From Octopus sinensis (taxonomy: Eukaryota): a stretch of 64,000 nucleotides of DNA. This document shows, piece by piece, positions 25,456-39,735 of the stretch (position 1 is the stretch's first letter; every line of letters begins with the position of its first letter). The stretch lies in assembly GCF_006345805.1 (NCBI RefSeq), contig NC_043001.1, forward strand, positions 116,560,001 to 116,624,000. Direction: 5' to 3'. The position numbers were made by a program, and so were the translations under genes. The notes under the pieces are model-generated. The model was not told the origin of the DNA. It made no database searches and saw only the letters and a program-made list of their open reading frames with translations.

Positions 25456-27267
25456 TCTCTGAATATATTCTCTGATAGTCTTCAAGAGAGCCTTTTTCTA
25501 TAAATACACATACCATTCAACTGGATTAAACCCTTTTACTGCAGAAATCAGATATAGCCAATCAAAATTTCATTACCTTTAACTGCAGAAAGCAGTTTTA
25601 TTCACCAGTCTATCTTTTGTTGAGGAATGTCATCTTTGAAACTATTTTGTACTGAGATATATCAAGTTTATTGATGCAATTTGACTTACAGAAAATACCA
25701 ATTCTATTTTTTGATAAATATTCAACATTATTATAACCATGAAATTAATTTCACAGTTAAAAGGTTAAACAAAAAAATCTTCATTTGTAACATCAGTTTT
25801 GGAATATTCTTTTCTTCCATCTTGTAAAGGTTGTAATCATTTGGTTCCCAGGTGAGATCTGATCAAGTACAACAATAATTAAAAGTGTTTCTTTCAATGT
25901 ATCTAGGATTATATCCTTTTTTGTTAATATAATATGGTGTTTTTTTTGCAGGAGATTTGGCTGCTATTTCTAACAGATCATTTGAACATAGTCAAATTAT
26001 CAAATATTCTTATGCAGGAACAATATCAATTGAAAAGATAAAAATTAGGTTAATGGATCCATTATACATAAAATAGTCCCTTCTTTGTGGATGAGTTATT
26101 GTTAAACATGTGACAGCACACGGATTTAGTGATGGGGATAAAAGGGTTTTTTTAGGAAGGGTGGTTTTAGGAAGCGTATGATGACATCATAAACAGTGAA
26201 ACTACTTGTAGTCAATTGTTGGGCAGGTTAAGGATGGAAGGAACTTTAATGTCTGAGGAATGTGGAAAAGTTTGTCAGCAGCAGTAATAGGTGTGCGTGA
26301 GTGTGTGTGTGTGTGTGCTTAATTCATGTAGAAGTTATCCTTTGTTCAATTATGTTGTTCATCACCTTGCTAATCATCCAAGAAGACACTATCATACACA
26401 ACCTGATCTCATTACCAGCTCATAATTTATGAGTAAATATCATGGAGGAAGGGCTTATGTACTATTAAGATGTAGGTCTAGTCTTTCAGTGAGATCCTTG
26501 TAAAGTAGTCTTTTTTTCTCTTCGTAAGTTTATGTGAGTGTTTATATGAATGTACATAGAGGTTGTGCGTGTGTCTGTGTACATATACATACACACATAT
26601 ATACTTACATACACGTGTGCATGTGTATGCACACCCTAAAACACACAAATACACAGGAATATGCAAATGACTGAATTCAAGAAACAACATCCGACATCTT
26701 AACAGTGTTTCCTAATTTGGACATTTATAATATTATTGCAAGCAAGTATTTTACAACTCCTGCACACCTGCACACTCACATGCACAGCACACACACATCA
26801 CACACACACACACACGCATCACTTGCTCATTCATATAAGCTGTCAAACACAAAAATCAAGATACATAGAAAATCTATCCGAAGAAATGGAAAAAAGCATT
26901 TACTTCAATTGCCTTCCTATCAATGCCAATTTACCAATGGCAAATTATCAAATTCCTAACCTCATTCATCTTCTTCATTCTGGTTCTCTTGTCTTTCTTA
27001 CTTTTTTTTCCCCCCATTTCTCATCCATTTCTTTCTCAATAGCATTCTCATTTCCTTTCATCTATTTTTAAATTGTCTTTTTTTTATCATCTTTCAGTCT
27101 CACCTACAGAGCTTTTCCCCACGAACAGTATTACACGAGGATATCCTATCACACCTATTGCATTATCCAGCATTCTTTTCACACCCACTCTCATAATTAT
27201 TCTCTCCCTTCTACCACCATTTAATAATAATAATTATTATCATTATTATCATATCATTATAATCAAA

Positions 27268-28165
27268 ATGGCAAGCTGACAGAATCATTAGCATACTGGG
27301 AAAAATGCTTAGTGGCATTTCGTCTGTTTTTATGTTCTAAGTTCAAATTTTGCCAAGGTCGACTTTACATTTCATCCTTTTGGGGTTGATAAATTAAATA
27401 CCAGTTGAGTACTGGGGTCGATGTAATCGACTAGACTCCTCCCCCAAATTTCAGGCCTTGTACCTATAGTAGAAAGGATTATTATTATCATTATTATTAT
27501 TATTATTATTAAGGCGGCGAGCTGGTAGAATTATTAGCATACTGGACAAAATGCTTAGTAGTATTTCGCCCATCCCTTCATTCTGAGTTCAAATTCCACC
27601 AAGGTCGACTTTGCTTTTCATCCTTTCGGGGTCGATGAAATAAGTACCAGTAAAACACCGGGGTTAATGTAATCGAATAGTCCCACCCCCAAAATTTCAG
27701 GCCTTGTGCCTATAACAGAAAGGATTATTATTATTATTTTATTATTATTATGGTGCTGGATTATGAGACCAATTAAAGTATCGAGAACTCTGGGCTCTTT
27801 ATATTCTGAGTTCAAACCCAGCTGAAGCCAACTTCATCTTTTTTCCTTTCCAGATTCAATTCTTGTAAAAGTACCAATCAATAACTAGCACTCCACCATA
27901 TAAAATTGCTGACTTTGTACCTAAACTAGAAACAATTATAATTAGTATTATTAAGGTGACGAGCTGGAAGAATCTTTAGACTCCAAACAAAATGCTGAGA
28001 GACATTTCATGTCCTTATGTTCCAAGTTCAAATTCTGCCATGGTCGACTTGTCTTTCATCCTTACGAGGTCAATAAAATAAGTACCAGTTGAGCACTGGG
28101 GTCGATGTAATCACCTTACCTCCTTCCACGAAGTTACTGGCCTTGTGCCAAAATTTGAAACCAAT
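27268..28165 (+). mobile_element. Head-to-tail cluster of 3-4 family B-related SINEs (alternative tail)
   Basis: Copies start near 27268, 27512, ~27775 (decayed) and 27955, separated by (att)n. Confidence 0.8.
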
Positions 28166-28249
28166 ATTATCTGTGTTATTATCATAAGCTGATGCTTCTT
28201 GAGTCATATCTTCCAGTTTTCCTTTAGTGGTAATTCAGATGTTCGCAGA

Positions 28250-28360
28250 AGGCTTTGGTTAGCCCAGGGCTGTAGTAGAAGACACTTATCCAAGGTGCCA
28301 CACAGTGAGACTAAGCCCAGACCATGTGGTTGGCAAGCAAACTTCTTACCACACAGCCAC
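28250..28360 (-). mobile_element. SINE family A head
   Basis: aagacacttatccaaggtgccac...accacacagcc. Confidence 0.75.
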
Positions 28361-28424
28361 ATACATATATATATATATATCTACTTACATAGACAGACAG
28401 ACAGACAGATAAACAGATAGATAG

Positions 28425-30200
28425 ATAACTTTCTTTATTGGCCATACAGGGCTGAACACAGAGACGACAAATACAAATGTAGCACTTTTCTTTACAAAAA
28501 TGAAAAAAAGGGGAAAAATAAGGAAAAAAAGTAAAATTCCTATCAAAAGGGACTGGGAAAAAAAAGCCGATCAAAAGGGATCGTGTATCACGGAAGAATT
28601 TTTAAAATGTAAAAAGTAAGATTAGGCTTATCCATGGAAAGAAAAGCCCACGGAAAAGACCACAGTAACCTCAGGCAGGGAGGGAATAAACACACGAGAG
28701 CAAAGTGCTCTCTCTCTCTCTTTTTTTGATTTACATATACCAAACAAGTCTTTTTTTTTATTTGCATATGCCAAATATATCTGGCATATGACAAAGAAGT
28801 TCGTGGGGCAGACCATCCAAGCCTGGTGACTTGTCTCCTGCACAACCTGCCATTGCATCCCGTATGTCTACAGCTGTGATGGGTCTTTCACAATACTCTG
28901 CCTCTCTTACTGAGAGTTGTGGCAGGCTATGCAGGTAGGCACTAAGTCCACTCTTCATTCTGACCCACCAGTTGTCCCAAACAGTCGGGCAAAGTGTTGT
29001 TGAAAGGCCTCACACATCCTTACAGGCTCAAGTAATTTGTGTCCCCCCTTCATCTATCAGAGACCTTCTGCCACTCAGGCCTCTTCTGCCACTTCTGCCA
29101 CTCAGGCCTCTCGGGCGGCTCCAACTCCTTCGTTCCTCAGAATACGCATCCTCGCTCTGACAATGCATCCTTCGTGTTTGGTGTTGAAGTGTTGGTTGAG
29201 GGCCAACCTCACTGCCAGTACATTGGACGCGATGCAAGTTCTAAGAGCCTCTTCTAATTTCTTAACTAGGTATCCTTCTATTCTGTTTCAGTCTAATGCT
29301 AGGGTCTTACTTTACCTAACTGATTCTGCTTTAATTGCTTTCTTTAGGGCATACCACCATCTATTGTTGATGATGGCACCCGTCAATGCTCTCTTAACTA
29401 ATGTGCTAATCTGGTCCCTGTAAGCCTGGCATGCCATGAGTGACGCATTCAGCTTTCAGTAACCAGAATCCTGCCTATGTGTCATATCTAAGTCAAGTGT
29501 ACAAGTCACAAATTTGTGGTCTGTGTAGCTGACAATATGGAATTGTGAACAACCTACTCTATCCTTATCCACTGTCCTACAGAATACTCTATCTAAATAC
29601 GATCTGGACAATTTGATGTGGTTGCTCCATGTCCACATTGGCATATTTGGGTGGTCCAGTCGGTACTTGTTAGACAGTTGGAAACATCTGAGCAGATCTT
29701 TAAGGCATTTACATCCCCTCCTATTACTATCTCTGCCCATGTAGTCTAGATGCGTGTCCAGGGTAGCGTTCCAATCCCCCACTAAAAGTAAAGGTCAAGA
29801 CGTTCCAAGGAAAACCTCTAGATGTCAAAAGAAATCTGGCCAACCTGTTAAGGATGATGCACAAACTGTTATCAGTCGAAAAGCACACCCATTACTGCCA
29901 TTGACATCCAAGATGACCAGCCTACCCTCTGGGTCTAGGAAATCTACTCTTACTTTGAGGTCCAGACTCTTCTGAAGAAGCACTGCAGTGCCACCTCCAC
30001 TCATTCTCGACAGACACGGAGAAAAATAAACGTCAAAATGTCCGCTGAACATGTACTGAAGGGCCCGTGGGCTGTGAAGTCTGGTCTCACTGATGGCTAT
30101 GATATGCAGATTCTGTGATTTGATGTCATTTAACAGGTAGCCTTGTTTCCAAGGTGACCCCAAGCCACATACATTTATACTACCTATTTTGAGCATGTTC
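28425..30200 (-). mobile_element. Tx1/L1-clade LINE: APE endonuclease region plus 3' UTR, RT core deleted
   Basis: IGSINVCGL, ISETR, GDWNA, YLDRVF, TDHKFV, YxKLN, KSPGLDGLP; AATAAA end inside a (GATA/GACA)n tract. Confidence 0.88.
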
Positions 30201-30439
30201 CTATCGAAAGTTGTGTTTCACACATGAAAGGAAGAAGAAAGAGAGAGAGAGAGTCACTGTCTGAAAGTTGTTTGTCCTTCACCTCACAGTCTTCTCCCTG
30301 AAGGTTTTTGCATAGTTTTTTTAGACAAGTAGTTTTGAAATCTACCTGCATCCAGGTAGAGAGATTTCAGTGTGCTGTGTGTGTTCTATGTATGATTTTA
30401 ATGTGTTGTGGTGGTGGTGGTGGTGGTGTTTGTTAGATT

Positions 30440-30491
<52 letters not shown>

Positions 30492-32090
30492 TGTCACACA
30501 TTCACAGCATACACACGTAGTATATATCAAACACATACACATATACATGTATCACACACACACACACACATACACTTACAGACAAAAATAAAAAAAAGGA
30601 GTAATCATTTTAGGTAACTTTATAATCCTTCTTCCCTTCCATTTGTTTTCTTCATTTCTTTGTTATATCTTTGCTACTTGCATATCTTCTGCCACTCTCC
30701 TATCACCATTCCAAGGCACCTGTGGAGATTTCCTTTCACTCAATTTTCCAGTTACATTTCGTATTCTATTTTCACTTTTCTTTTTTTTTTCCGTGTTTGA
30801 TCAAGATATAAATTGGAAATTCATATTCATCTGAATTACCTCAAACAAAATGCATATTCAAGAAATATAAAACTTCTCACAGAGTAGACAAATATGTGTG
30901 TTTTGCAGTATAATATAAATGGAATTTTTATTCGAAGTTGATTTTTTATTTCCTCACCAGTTTGAGAAATAAAATACCTGATCAACTTTGAATTATGTAT
31001 AAAGAAGATGCTGCAGTTAACTCAACCTAGTGAATTTATAAATAGTATACAGTGTAGAGTTAAGCTAAATTGCAAATTGTGTAACCTTGTTTGATAAAGG
31101 TCCCTATCAAATTACATTTAAGTTCATTTTCATATGCATTGAAAGCTGTTTTAGATAACAATCAAATCAGTTTATGATAATGAAAATAACTAATTCTAGC
31201 AGAGGTTCTAGTTCAATGTTCATTAATTATTTATTAAGACTGATCGATCTGCTTTGATCTAAAATACCTTTTAGTTCTTTTTCATACTTTTGAACTGCTA
31301 ATTAGGTTAACCCTTACAATTTGTTACCATTACAACCAAATAAATCCATAAATTGTATGCTTAGATAACAGAATTCTGTGTGGTTCTTCATTATTTATAA
31401 TGTGTCTGCCTGTGGGTCAATCATATCTTTCTCTCTTTCCTTTTATCTATCTTCCTAACAGTATCAAAAAGCAGTTAGCAGCGAGGATACTTTCACCATC
31501 TCTGTATTTCACTGAAACATTGATGGGTTGTTTAGTTAACTGAAAATTAAGTAATAAAACAGAAGTTTCACATCGTCATGGCAGTAATAACTTTTCTAAA
31601 GTTCATTTAATTATAAAATTTCTTTCGACAAACTTTCTTCAGAAGAAGAGTAGAAGAATTTTTCACAATATCTTCAGACAGAATTTATGTCTGAAGATGA
31701 AAGAAACCAAATGTATAACACAATTTCTGATAAGCTTTCAAGTATTTTGATAATGCAGAAAGCAGATTTTTCATAATAGTTAGAAATATTTCAGAATTAA
31801 AAGTTCTGAGAATTTGATCAAAAGTAAGAACAGTACCATGGACAAAGAAATGTTCACTCTTGTAATTCTAAACTTTTGAGATTTCTTGATAATTATTGCC
31901 AAAGTGAACACCAAACCTGGTTTTCATATTCTGTTATAATATAAATCAATTTCTTTTTTTTTTTTTCTTCAACAGGTTTCAATCATTGCACTGCGGCCAT
32001 GCTGGAGTTCCACCTTCAAGAATTTTAGACAATCATTTCAAACTAACACATACAATTTAAAATTCAGAACCATATAACTGAAGCAGGGTG

Positions 32091-32130
<40 letters not shown>

Positions 32131-32131
<1 letters not shown>

Positions 32132-32465
32132 CATCATCATCATCATCATCGTTTAACGTCCACTTTCCATGCTAGCATGGGCTGGACGGTTCAACTGGGG
32201 TCTGGGAAACCCGAAGGCTGTACCAGGCCAGTCAGATCTGGCAGTGTTTCTACAGCTGGATGCCCTTCCTAATGCCAACCACTCCGAGAGTGTAGTGGGT
32301 GATTTTATGTGCCACCGACACAGGTGCCAGACGAGGCTGGCGAACGGCCATGCTCAGATGGTGTTTCTTATGTGCCACCGACACAGGTGCCAGATGAGGC
32401 TGGCGAATGGCCACACTCGGATGGTGTTTTTTATGTGCCACCGACACATAAAAAACACCATCCGA
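32131..32465 (-). mobile_element. RTE-type 3' UTR/tail copy
   Basis: Same family as 3743-4167. Confidence 0.8.
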
Positions 32466-33151
32466 TATATATGTATATATATATATATATAGCATGTATG
32501 TATCCTCTTCCAACTGTCTCTCATAAAAATGAAAGATGTATATTGAAATAAAATTATTTATTTGCATCAACTTATACATCTTAGGCAAGCATTGCATACA
32601 CAATATTCATGTAAGAAATGGCAACTTATCAAATCCAGAATTTATTTCAGCCTGTCACTTATTTTATTGATCTTTATCAAATTACTAAGTTTTCCTACCT
32701 GACACAAGATTGGAACTTGGCACACTGTTTTAGGCTGGTACACACACACACACACACACAACAGGCTTTGCAGAATTTCCATCTACAAAATTTCACTCAT
32801 TCATCCACGTGGTAGCAGTCAACTGGAGGCTTAAGTAGTAGACACTTACCCAAGTTCCTGTGCTGTGGAATCTAACCTAGAGTCATATGCCCATACTTAA
32901 TGCATTGTAAATTGTAACATTTGACTATATCCATGCACACACTCATGAAGTGTTCAGTCTAACTTTAAACCTTGTTCAATAGATTTCATAGTATGACAAG
33001 TTATTTGAAACTTCAGTAAAATTTATTAACACACTATAACTATAACTTCTATTTCTAGCCTGCCCATTACTGAGAACAACCTATAAGACTATAAGATAAT
33101 ATTCTGTCTTTTAATTATTGTTATTTTGAAATATCATCAAAAACATTCTTT

Positions 33152-33495
33152 CATCATCATCATCATCATCGTTTAGCGTCCGCTTTCCATGCTAGCATGG
33201 GTTGGACGGTTCAACTGGGGCCTGGGAAGCCAGGAGGCTGCACCAGACCCAGTCTGATTTGGCAATGTTTCTACGGCTGGATGCCCTTCCTAACGCTAAC
33301 CACTCCATGAGTGTAGTGGGTGCTTTTTACGTGCCACTGGCACAGGTGCCAGACGAGGCTGGCAACGGCCACGATCGGATGGTGCTTTTTATGTGCCACT
33401 GGCACAGGGGCCAGGTGAGGCTGGCAATGGTCACGAACGGATGGTGCTTTTTACGTGCCACTGGCACAGGGGCTAGTCGGGGCGGCGCTGGCAGG
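33152..33495 (-). mobile_element. RTE-type 3' UTR/tail copy
   Basis: Same family as 3743-4167. Confidence 0.8.
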
Positions 33496-35199
33496 GTGAA
33501 GAAAAAGTTCTTTCTAAGATAGGAGAAGGAGATATGTGTGTGTGGTGTGTATAGTGTTTGTGTGGTGTTGGCTGTTTATATGTGTATGTGTGAGTGAACT
33601 TTGTGTCTCTTAATTTTGTAGGAAGAATTCAGCAGCATGGTAAGAGGAGTGGTGGTCCTTTATGGAGTTGTGTGTCTCTTGACATGTGTGGAGAGGAATG
33701 GTCAGTGTGTGTGTGTGCATGTTCGTGTGGAGTTATATGTGCGTTCCAGTGTGCATAGTTGAAAATCTATAAAATTCTTTGTTATTCCTGTGTGAACTAA
33801 CCACTGGGCATTTAACATTCCTTTAACAAAAGAACTACTTTTAAGTAAATTCTAAAGGAAAGAAAACTCTCATATATAAAGAATGAAAATGTCTAGAAAT
33901 CGAACAGAATAAAACTACAACTACTTTTGACTACATTTAATATTACATCTTCTAACTACATTGAATGTACACGTAAAACATCAAATACACACTGAAAATT
34001 GTCTTTTTAATCTTTATTTCCAAATCATCATTTGGAATTCATTGAAATTCTTGTTGCTAGCATTGTTCACAACCAATCATTACATCAATAGCCATGATGA
34101 GCCAACAAGGGGAACCTCTCAGTAGTCACTCAACCTGATACAAATGGCAATTAAGTATTTCTTAAATCACACCCAGGTATCTTAAATGAGGTAATAACAT
34201 ATTGAATCATTTATGTAATCCAAGATACACCTTCAAAAAGACGAGATGTTCGTGGCTGGAAGGTCTGATCAAGGTCGGTCTGGGGTTAACAAGAACAATA
34301 TCAATAGCTTTTTCTTTTAGGCAAAAATCAGGCAAAAACTGAACATGTTATTCATCATTTTGTCTGTCTTCAGAAACTCCACAGACTTGAGTAGTGGTTG
34401 AGAAATCAGAACATAACATAGAATTAGTTTAATCTGGTTCAAATTAGATACACCTGAGGTGGCTCTAGTGAAGCAGAATAATATTTGTACTTCCTGACCA
34501 AACACATAATGTGATTCATGATGCTATTTCTAATCTGATTAAACAAAAAAAATTCCATTTGCCGTTTTAACAAAACAAGGGGTGCACTCCCTTTATTTTT
34601 TATTTACATTTATTTTCTCTAATATTTTTAGTGCATAATTTCAAATACAAAAGACTTCAAAATATGACTTTTTTTATTTTTGTTATCGACTGATTGCAGT
34701 CATTTAAACACACATTTAAATCGTCCACTACCAAGAGGTGAGTATTTGAGAGGGGAAGGTGGAAGTGGGTGGCTTATGGCTGGTCTTGGAAGTCTAAAGT
34801 ACAATAGAGGAACGAGCACAAGTATCTTGTTATAGAGGAGATACATGGCTGAAGGAGACAAAAGAAAGGCAGTGATGGGGTGCTGGAGCAAACTCTCTAG
34901 GTACCTGAGGGTGAGCATAAGAAAGGATACAGCCAGTGGGTCTTGAGAGGGAGTAGTAACAGATGTGTAAAGGTGAGAACAGAGGTGTGAATTTAGTGAG
35001 GGATGAACTTGAGGTGTGGTTGAAGGGGAATACCAGCATGGAGAAGAAGAAGGTGAGAGAAATAGAAGCAGCTCAGGAAGGGGAAATAGATCGAAAAGTA
35101 GTGTGATGATGTACAGGACGTAGGAGATGTGGGAGATATTGAGGTACATAAGGGGCTTTAGTAAGTGGAGTATGATGACATGAGGAGGCTTTGAGAATA

Positions 35200-35721
35200 C
35201 TGTAAATCCTCAAGTATAATCCACATTCTTTTCCCAAAATTTAAGGGTCAAAATCCCTAGTGTGTACTATATACGAGGTTGAAAATGAAAAATATTTTCT
35301 AAGCAATGTCCGAGTCTCTATTTGCTGTCCGGCAATGTTTATTCAGATGCATTTTGTGATGTCGGGCGCGAATATACCTTAAGCTAAGCCTGAAAGCAAT
35401 GAAGTCATAAAAGAATCATCCATAACTTGCAGTAAGCAATATTTATTAAAATAAAAGTATTCAGAACACAGAATAACTTGTAACAAAAACAATTTTCAAA
35501 CATATTTACATTCCCATATAACAGTTAAGAACATCACCATTATTGTATTACGCATGCGCGGAAGTGTTTGTTCGACTAGGTGCTGCTAGCTTAATTACAC
35601 ACAACTCAAGTTAGAGAAGGAGTGCATATTATACACAAGGTTTAGGTTTTTCAGAGGTACAGCCCCCTAAAAATCCCCTGCATATTATACTCAAGGGCGG
35701 ACTACACTCGAAGATTTACGG
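35200..35721. mobile_element. pogo/Tigger-like MITE
   Basis: TIRs ctgtaaatcctcaagtataatcc / ggactacactcgaagatttacgg, TA on both sides. Confidence 0.8.
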
Positions 35722-37143
35722 TAATAGCAATATAGTTGTGTGTGTGTATGGCAATAAGTTTGCTTCCCAGTCATATAGTTTTAAGTTCAGTTCCACTGTG
35801 AGGTACCTTGGACAATTGGTAGCTTGGACTATAACCCAACCAAAGCCTTGTCAGTGGATTTGAGAGACAGAAACTGAAAGAATCCTGTTGCATACATGAA
35901 CATGTATGTGTGTATCTGCATTACAGTCTCCTTGCCTTGACATCACATAATAGTTCTAAATCCTTGTCAAAATCATGCAAACGGTATCCTTCATTTCCAG
36001 TCTTCCATGAAACATGTCTGGTCATGGGAAAACCTGAGAGGGTTGGTGACAGGAAGAGCGTACAGCTGTAAAAAAATCTACTCCAAGAAATTCTGTCCGG
36101 CCCTTGTGAGTATGGAAAAGTGAATGTCAAAATGATGATGATGATGATGATGAACATATAGTATTTTTATATATATTAAAATAATACTCTTGTGTTTTTC
36201 TCTGTCACAACATATGAGTGAGAAAGGAAGGAGTGATGGCAAACTTGTAGTGGGAACGTTTCAACTCTGTATGAGCATATGTGTGTGTGCAATGGATATG
36301 GGATGGTGAATATTCAATGCTGAAAAGAAAAATCAAACAGCGTTTCAACTCTGTGTGAGTATGTCAACCAGAATTCTTGCAGTAACAAACAATGATCAAA
36401 GTCACATCTCAAAAATACAAGCACTAGATAACATTGACAAGTGTATTAATTTGATTTACCATCCATATTTATATATAAAATACAACAATTAGCTGTCATT
36501 TTTGATGGCACAGGGCCAGTTAGTTATGTAATATTTTTTACCTTATACTTCATTCACCTATTGCTGAGATACTGTCTTGAAGGGTTTTAGTCTAATAAAT
36601 CGACCCCAGTACTTATTTTCTTTCTAAGCTTGACAATTATTCTATCAGTCTTGAAGCAAATGACTTCCTGGATTCTTAGCCAGAATTCAAAATTCAGTCT
36701 AAGTTTTTCTACTGAGTCCCTTCCTATTGTTCTCAGCTTTAGCACTAAGAGATTTATGAGTGTCAACTATCAATTTATGATCATTTCCTGTCAGGCTTAG
36801 TTCAAAGCAGGTAACATGAAAAATTCTGTTCAGCCTGACCTAAATTAAATAGGAAAATATAAATACAGGACCCAAATTCAGTTCTCTCGTTTTTGCCTGG
36901 CCAAGGGAGCACTTCAGGAATGACAGATCATCAAGGGAGCATTCAACTTTCACCTTTTCTACTTGTCGACCCACAGTGATAAATTCCATTGCTTTTTGTC
37001 TCTCCTTTTTCCATCTGTCTCCTAGTAGTCAACAAAAGATGAACACAGCTACTCAAAGTGGGTAACAGAAATTCAACAATTTTTTGTATAACAATAGCTC
37101 AAAGAAGTTACTGCTATTGTAATGGTAAAATAAAGGTCATTAA

Positions 37144-37374
37144 AGGCAGTGAGCTGGCAGAAGCATTAGCACGCCGGGCGAAATGCTTACCGGGATTTCG
37201 TCTGCCGCTACGTTCTGAGTTCAAATTCCGCCAAGGTCGACTTTGCCTTCCACTTTCCGGGGTTGATTAAATAAGTACTAGTTATTCACTGGGGTCGATA
37301 TAATCGACTTAATCCGTTTATCTGTCCTTGTTTGTCCCCTCTGTGTTTAGCCCCTTGTGGGTAGTAAAGAAATA
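37144..37374 (+). mobile_element. SINE family B, full length
   Basis: Matches 45847-46078; ~18 bp TSD gg(t/c)aaaataaaggt(c/a)att. Confidence 0.88.
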
Positions 37375-38982
37375 GGCAAAATAAAGGTAATTTCAACTAT
37401 TTTTTTCTCTTGTCATTTATTTCATGCATATAACAACCACAGTCCAATGCTGAATCATTAAGCTACAAAGAATGGAAACAAACCAACACAGGTTGTCAAG
37501 TGGTGGGGGGGTGGGCCAACACAAAGACACACATACACATATATGGTAGGCTTCTCTTAGTTTCTGTCTACCAAATCCACCGACAAGTTCACATTATTTT
37601 CATAAATTGATTTATTGCATTACAAACACAATGCTGCTGAAACCAATTACCTATAGAATATGCTTTTTTTTTGCGATTCTGAAAATCTATCACAGCTGGT
37701 AATATGTGTATCAGAGGATTTCAACAGTGTTGTTGTTTAGCCACAGGTTGTTGAAATGCGTGTGCACACACACACACACACACAGATTTCATTTCTCTTC
37801 AATCATTTTGTAATACAGAAAGGAATTAACAGCCTGATGTCCCTATATATTATTATTGATACTTTATTATTGATCTCCCATAAAATTAAGTGCAAACAAG
37901 GAAACATATAAATAAATACATTAAATCATTTATTTTAACTTTGTACTATCGACTTCGCTTTCACTAATCTTACAAAGAAATTGATTCTCCAGCTTTGTTA
38001 AACATCAAATGATGTGTGCACACCTTGAGGTGTTCAGTTTGCCTGCACACGTGTCTATGCATGCGTGCCTTTGTGCTAACTTTAGTCATCAATACATTTG
38101 GATATAGCTGAATGATATATCTCTGTGATACACAAAATTGCTCTCTCCACAGATAGTGGTTTATATCAGCCACCACCTTCTAATACACATTTAAATACTC
38201 AGTGATATAAATTCAATACTAAATATAACACTCAATTTAATTTTGTTTAGTTGTTATTGTTTAACCACAGGTCAACTCTGGTCAAATAGATTCATGATCA
38301 AAGACGGCATAACTTACAAAAGTGTGGCTGTCCAACCCCCAGGACAAAACCCCCTAAAAAAAGAAGAAAAATAAATTAAGTAAAAACCTCCGAGGACAAA
38401 TCCTCCTCCAGGACTAAAAGTAAGTAATTTTTAAATCAATTTTTATTTTTATTATTTGTAGTTTATGAATACTTCTCTGAGATGTAAAATATTGCATTAA
38501 TTACATATTAATTACATAATAACCCCAATCACAAAAACGAGCATAATGAAAACAAAACACAATATTGAAAAATCTCATTAAGTATTCAGATTCATTTAAA
38601 GTTCATTTTACTACCACCTGTTGCTGTGTCCTCTACCATTCAGAAACTCCTCCATGGTTTTGTTTTCATTCACATTTGGGTGTTTTGTCTTTCAGAAATG
38701 GAAATTTGTTAATGAAATTTTTTGTAAATGGTATAAATTCTGATTACATAAGAATTTTATGTGAAAAATTTTTCAGTGATGGTGGTGGTGGTGGTGGTGG
38801 TGGGGGGGGGGGGTAGGATAATTCCTGAGTTGGCTATGTATCCTCATAATTTTCAGAAAAATGAGTATTTTAAAGAAATTTTCTATAAATACTTTTCAAA
38901 TGATGTAGATAACAATTATATCAGGATTAAAAATAAATAAAATTAATAAAAATTGATTGGTGCATTTATATACAAACTGATT

Positions 38983-39327
38983 AAAGGGTAAAGAACCCCC
39001 TCAAAAATGAATGATCAAGGGATTACACCTAGAAAGTTACCCTCCAATGTATAAGTCTGGGCAAGGTTGTTTATGGAAGACCAGCAGTCGCCCATGCATA
39101 CCAGCCTCCCTTCCCCACACCACTGATGCTATCAAAGGGCAAGGCAATGCCCTATACAGCTTGGCACCAGTGACATCACAACGCATTTCAACAGCCAACT
39201 GAAATGGAACAATGTGGCATATAGTGTCGTGCTGAAGAACACAACACATAGCCCAGTCCGGGAATCAAACTCACCACCTCATGATTGTATCCCCAACACT
39301 CTAACCACGGAGCCATGTGCCTCCACT
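38983..39327 (-). mobile_element. SINE family E, full length, CpG-decayed
   Basis: Colinear with 48924-49224. Confidence 0.8.
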
Positions 39328-39379
39328 ACATACATACTGACACACATCTCATATATCTCTTCCATCTAAAAAGAATTTA

Positions 39380-39735
39380 TTCTTTTGTTATTTTACTTGT
39401 TTCAGTCATTTGACCGCAGCCATGCTGGAGCACTGCCTTAAGTCAAACAAATCAACCCCAAGACTTCTTCTTTGTAAGCCTAGTATTTATTCTATTGGTC
39501 TCTTTTGTCGAATTGCTAAATTATGGGGATGTAAACACACCAACATTGTGTTGTCAAGCGATGGTGGGGAGACAAAACACTGATCCATGCTCAAATATAT
39601 TATATATATATTATAATAGATATAATATTATATATATATATTACGATGGGCCTTCTCTTCTCTCAGTTTTCCTCTCTACCAGATCTACTCACAAGGCTTT
39701 TATATTGGCCCACATTATGTAGAAGACACTTGGCC
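39380..39735 (-). mobile_element. SINE family A, 5'-truncated
   Basis: cttgtttcagtcatttgaccgcagccatgctggagc tail. Confidence 0.8.

Noticed and set aside
26178-26256. Plus-strand ATGATGA...CTGA at snoRNA-like spacing
   Set aside because: No terminal stem, no recognisable rRNA complement, and opposite to the inferred host strand
31600-31930. Protein-like open stretches on both strands
   Set aside because: Interrupted by stops, no recognisable motif, no consistent splice pair
34322-34362. Minus-strand C box (ATGATGA) and D box (CTGA) with terminal stem
   Set aside because: Only ~40 nt, too short for a C/D snoRNA, and no guide target identified
34454-34493. Possible 40-nt minus-strand exon (KYKYYSASLEPPQ)
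   Set aside because: Weak acceptor and donor; not distinguishable from chance
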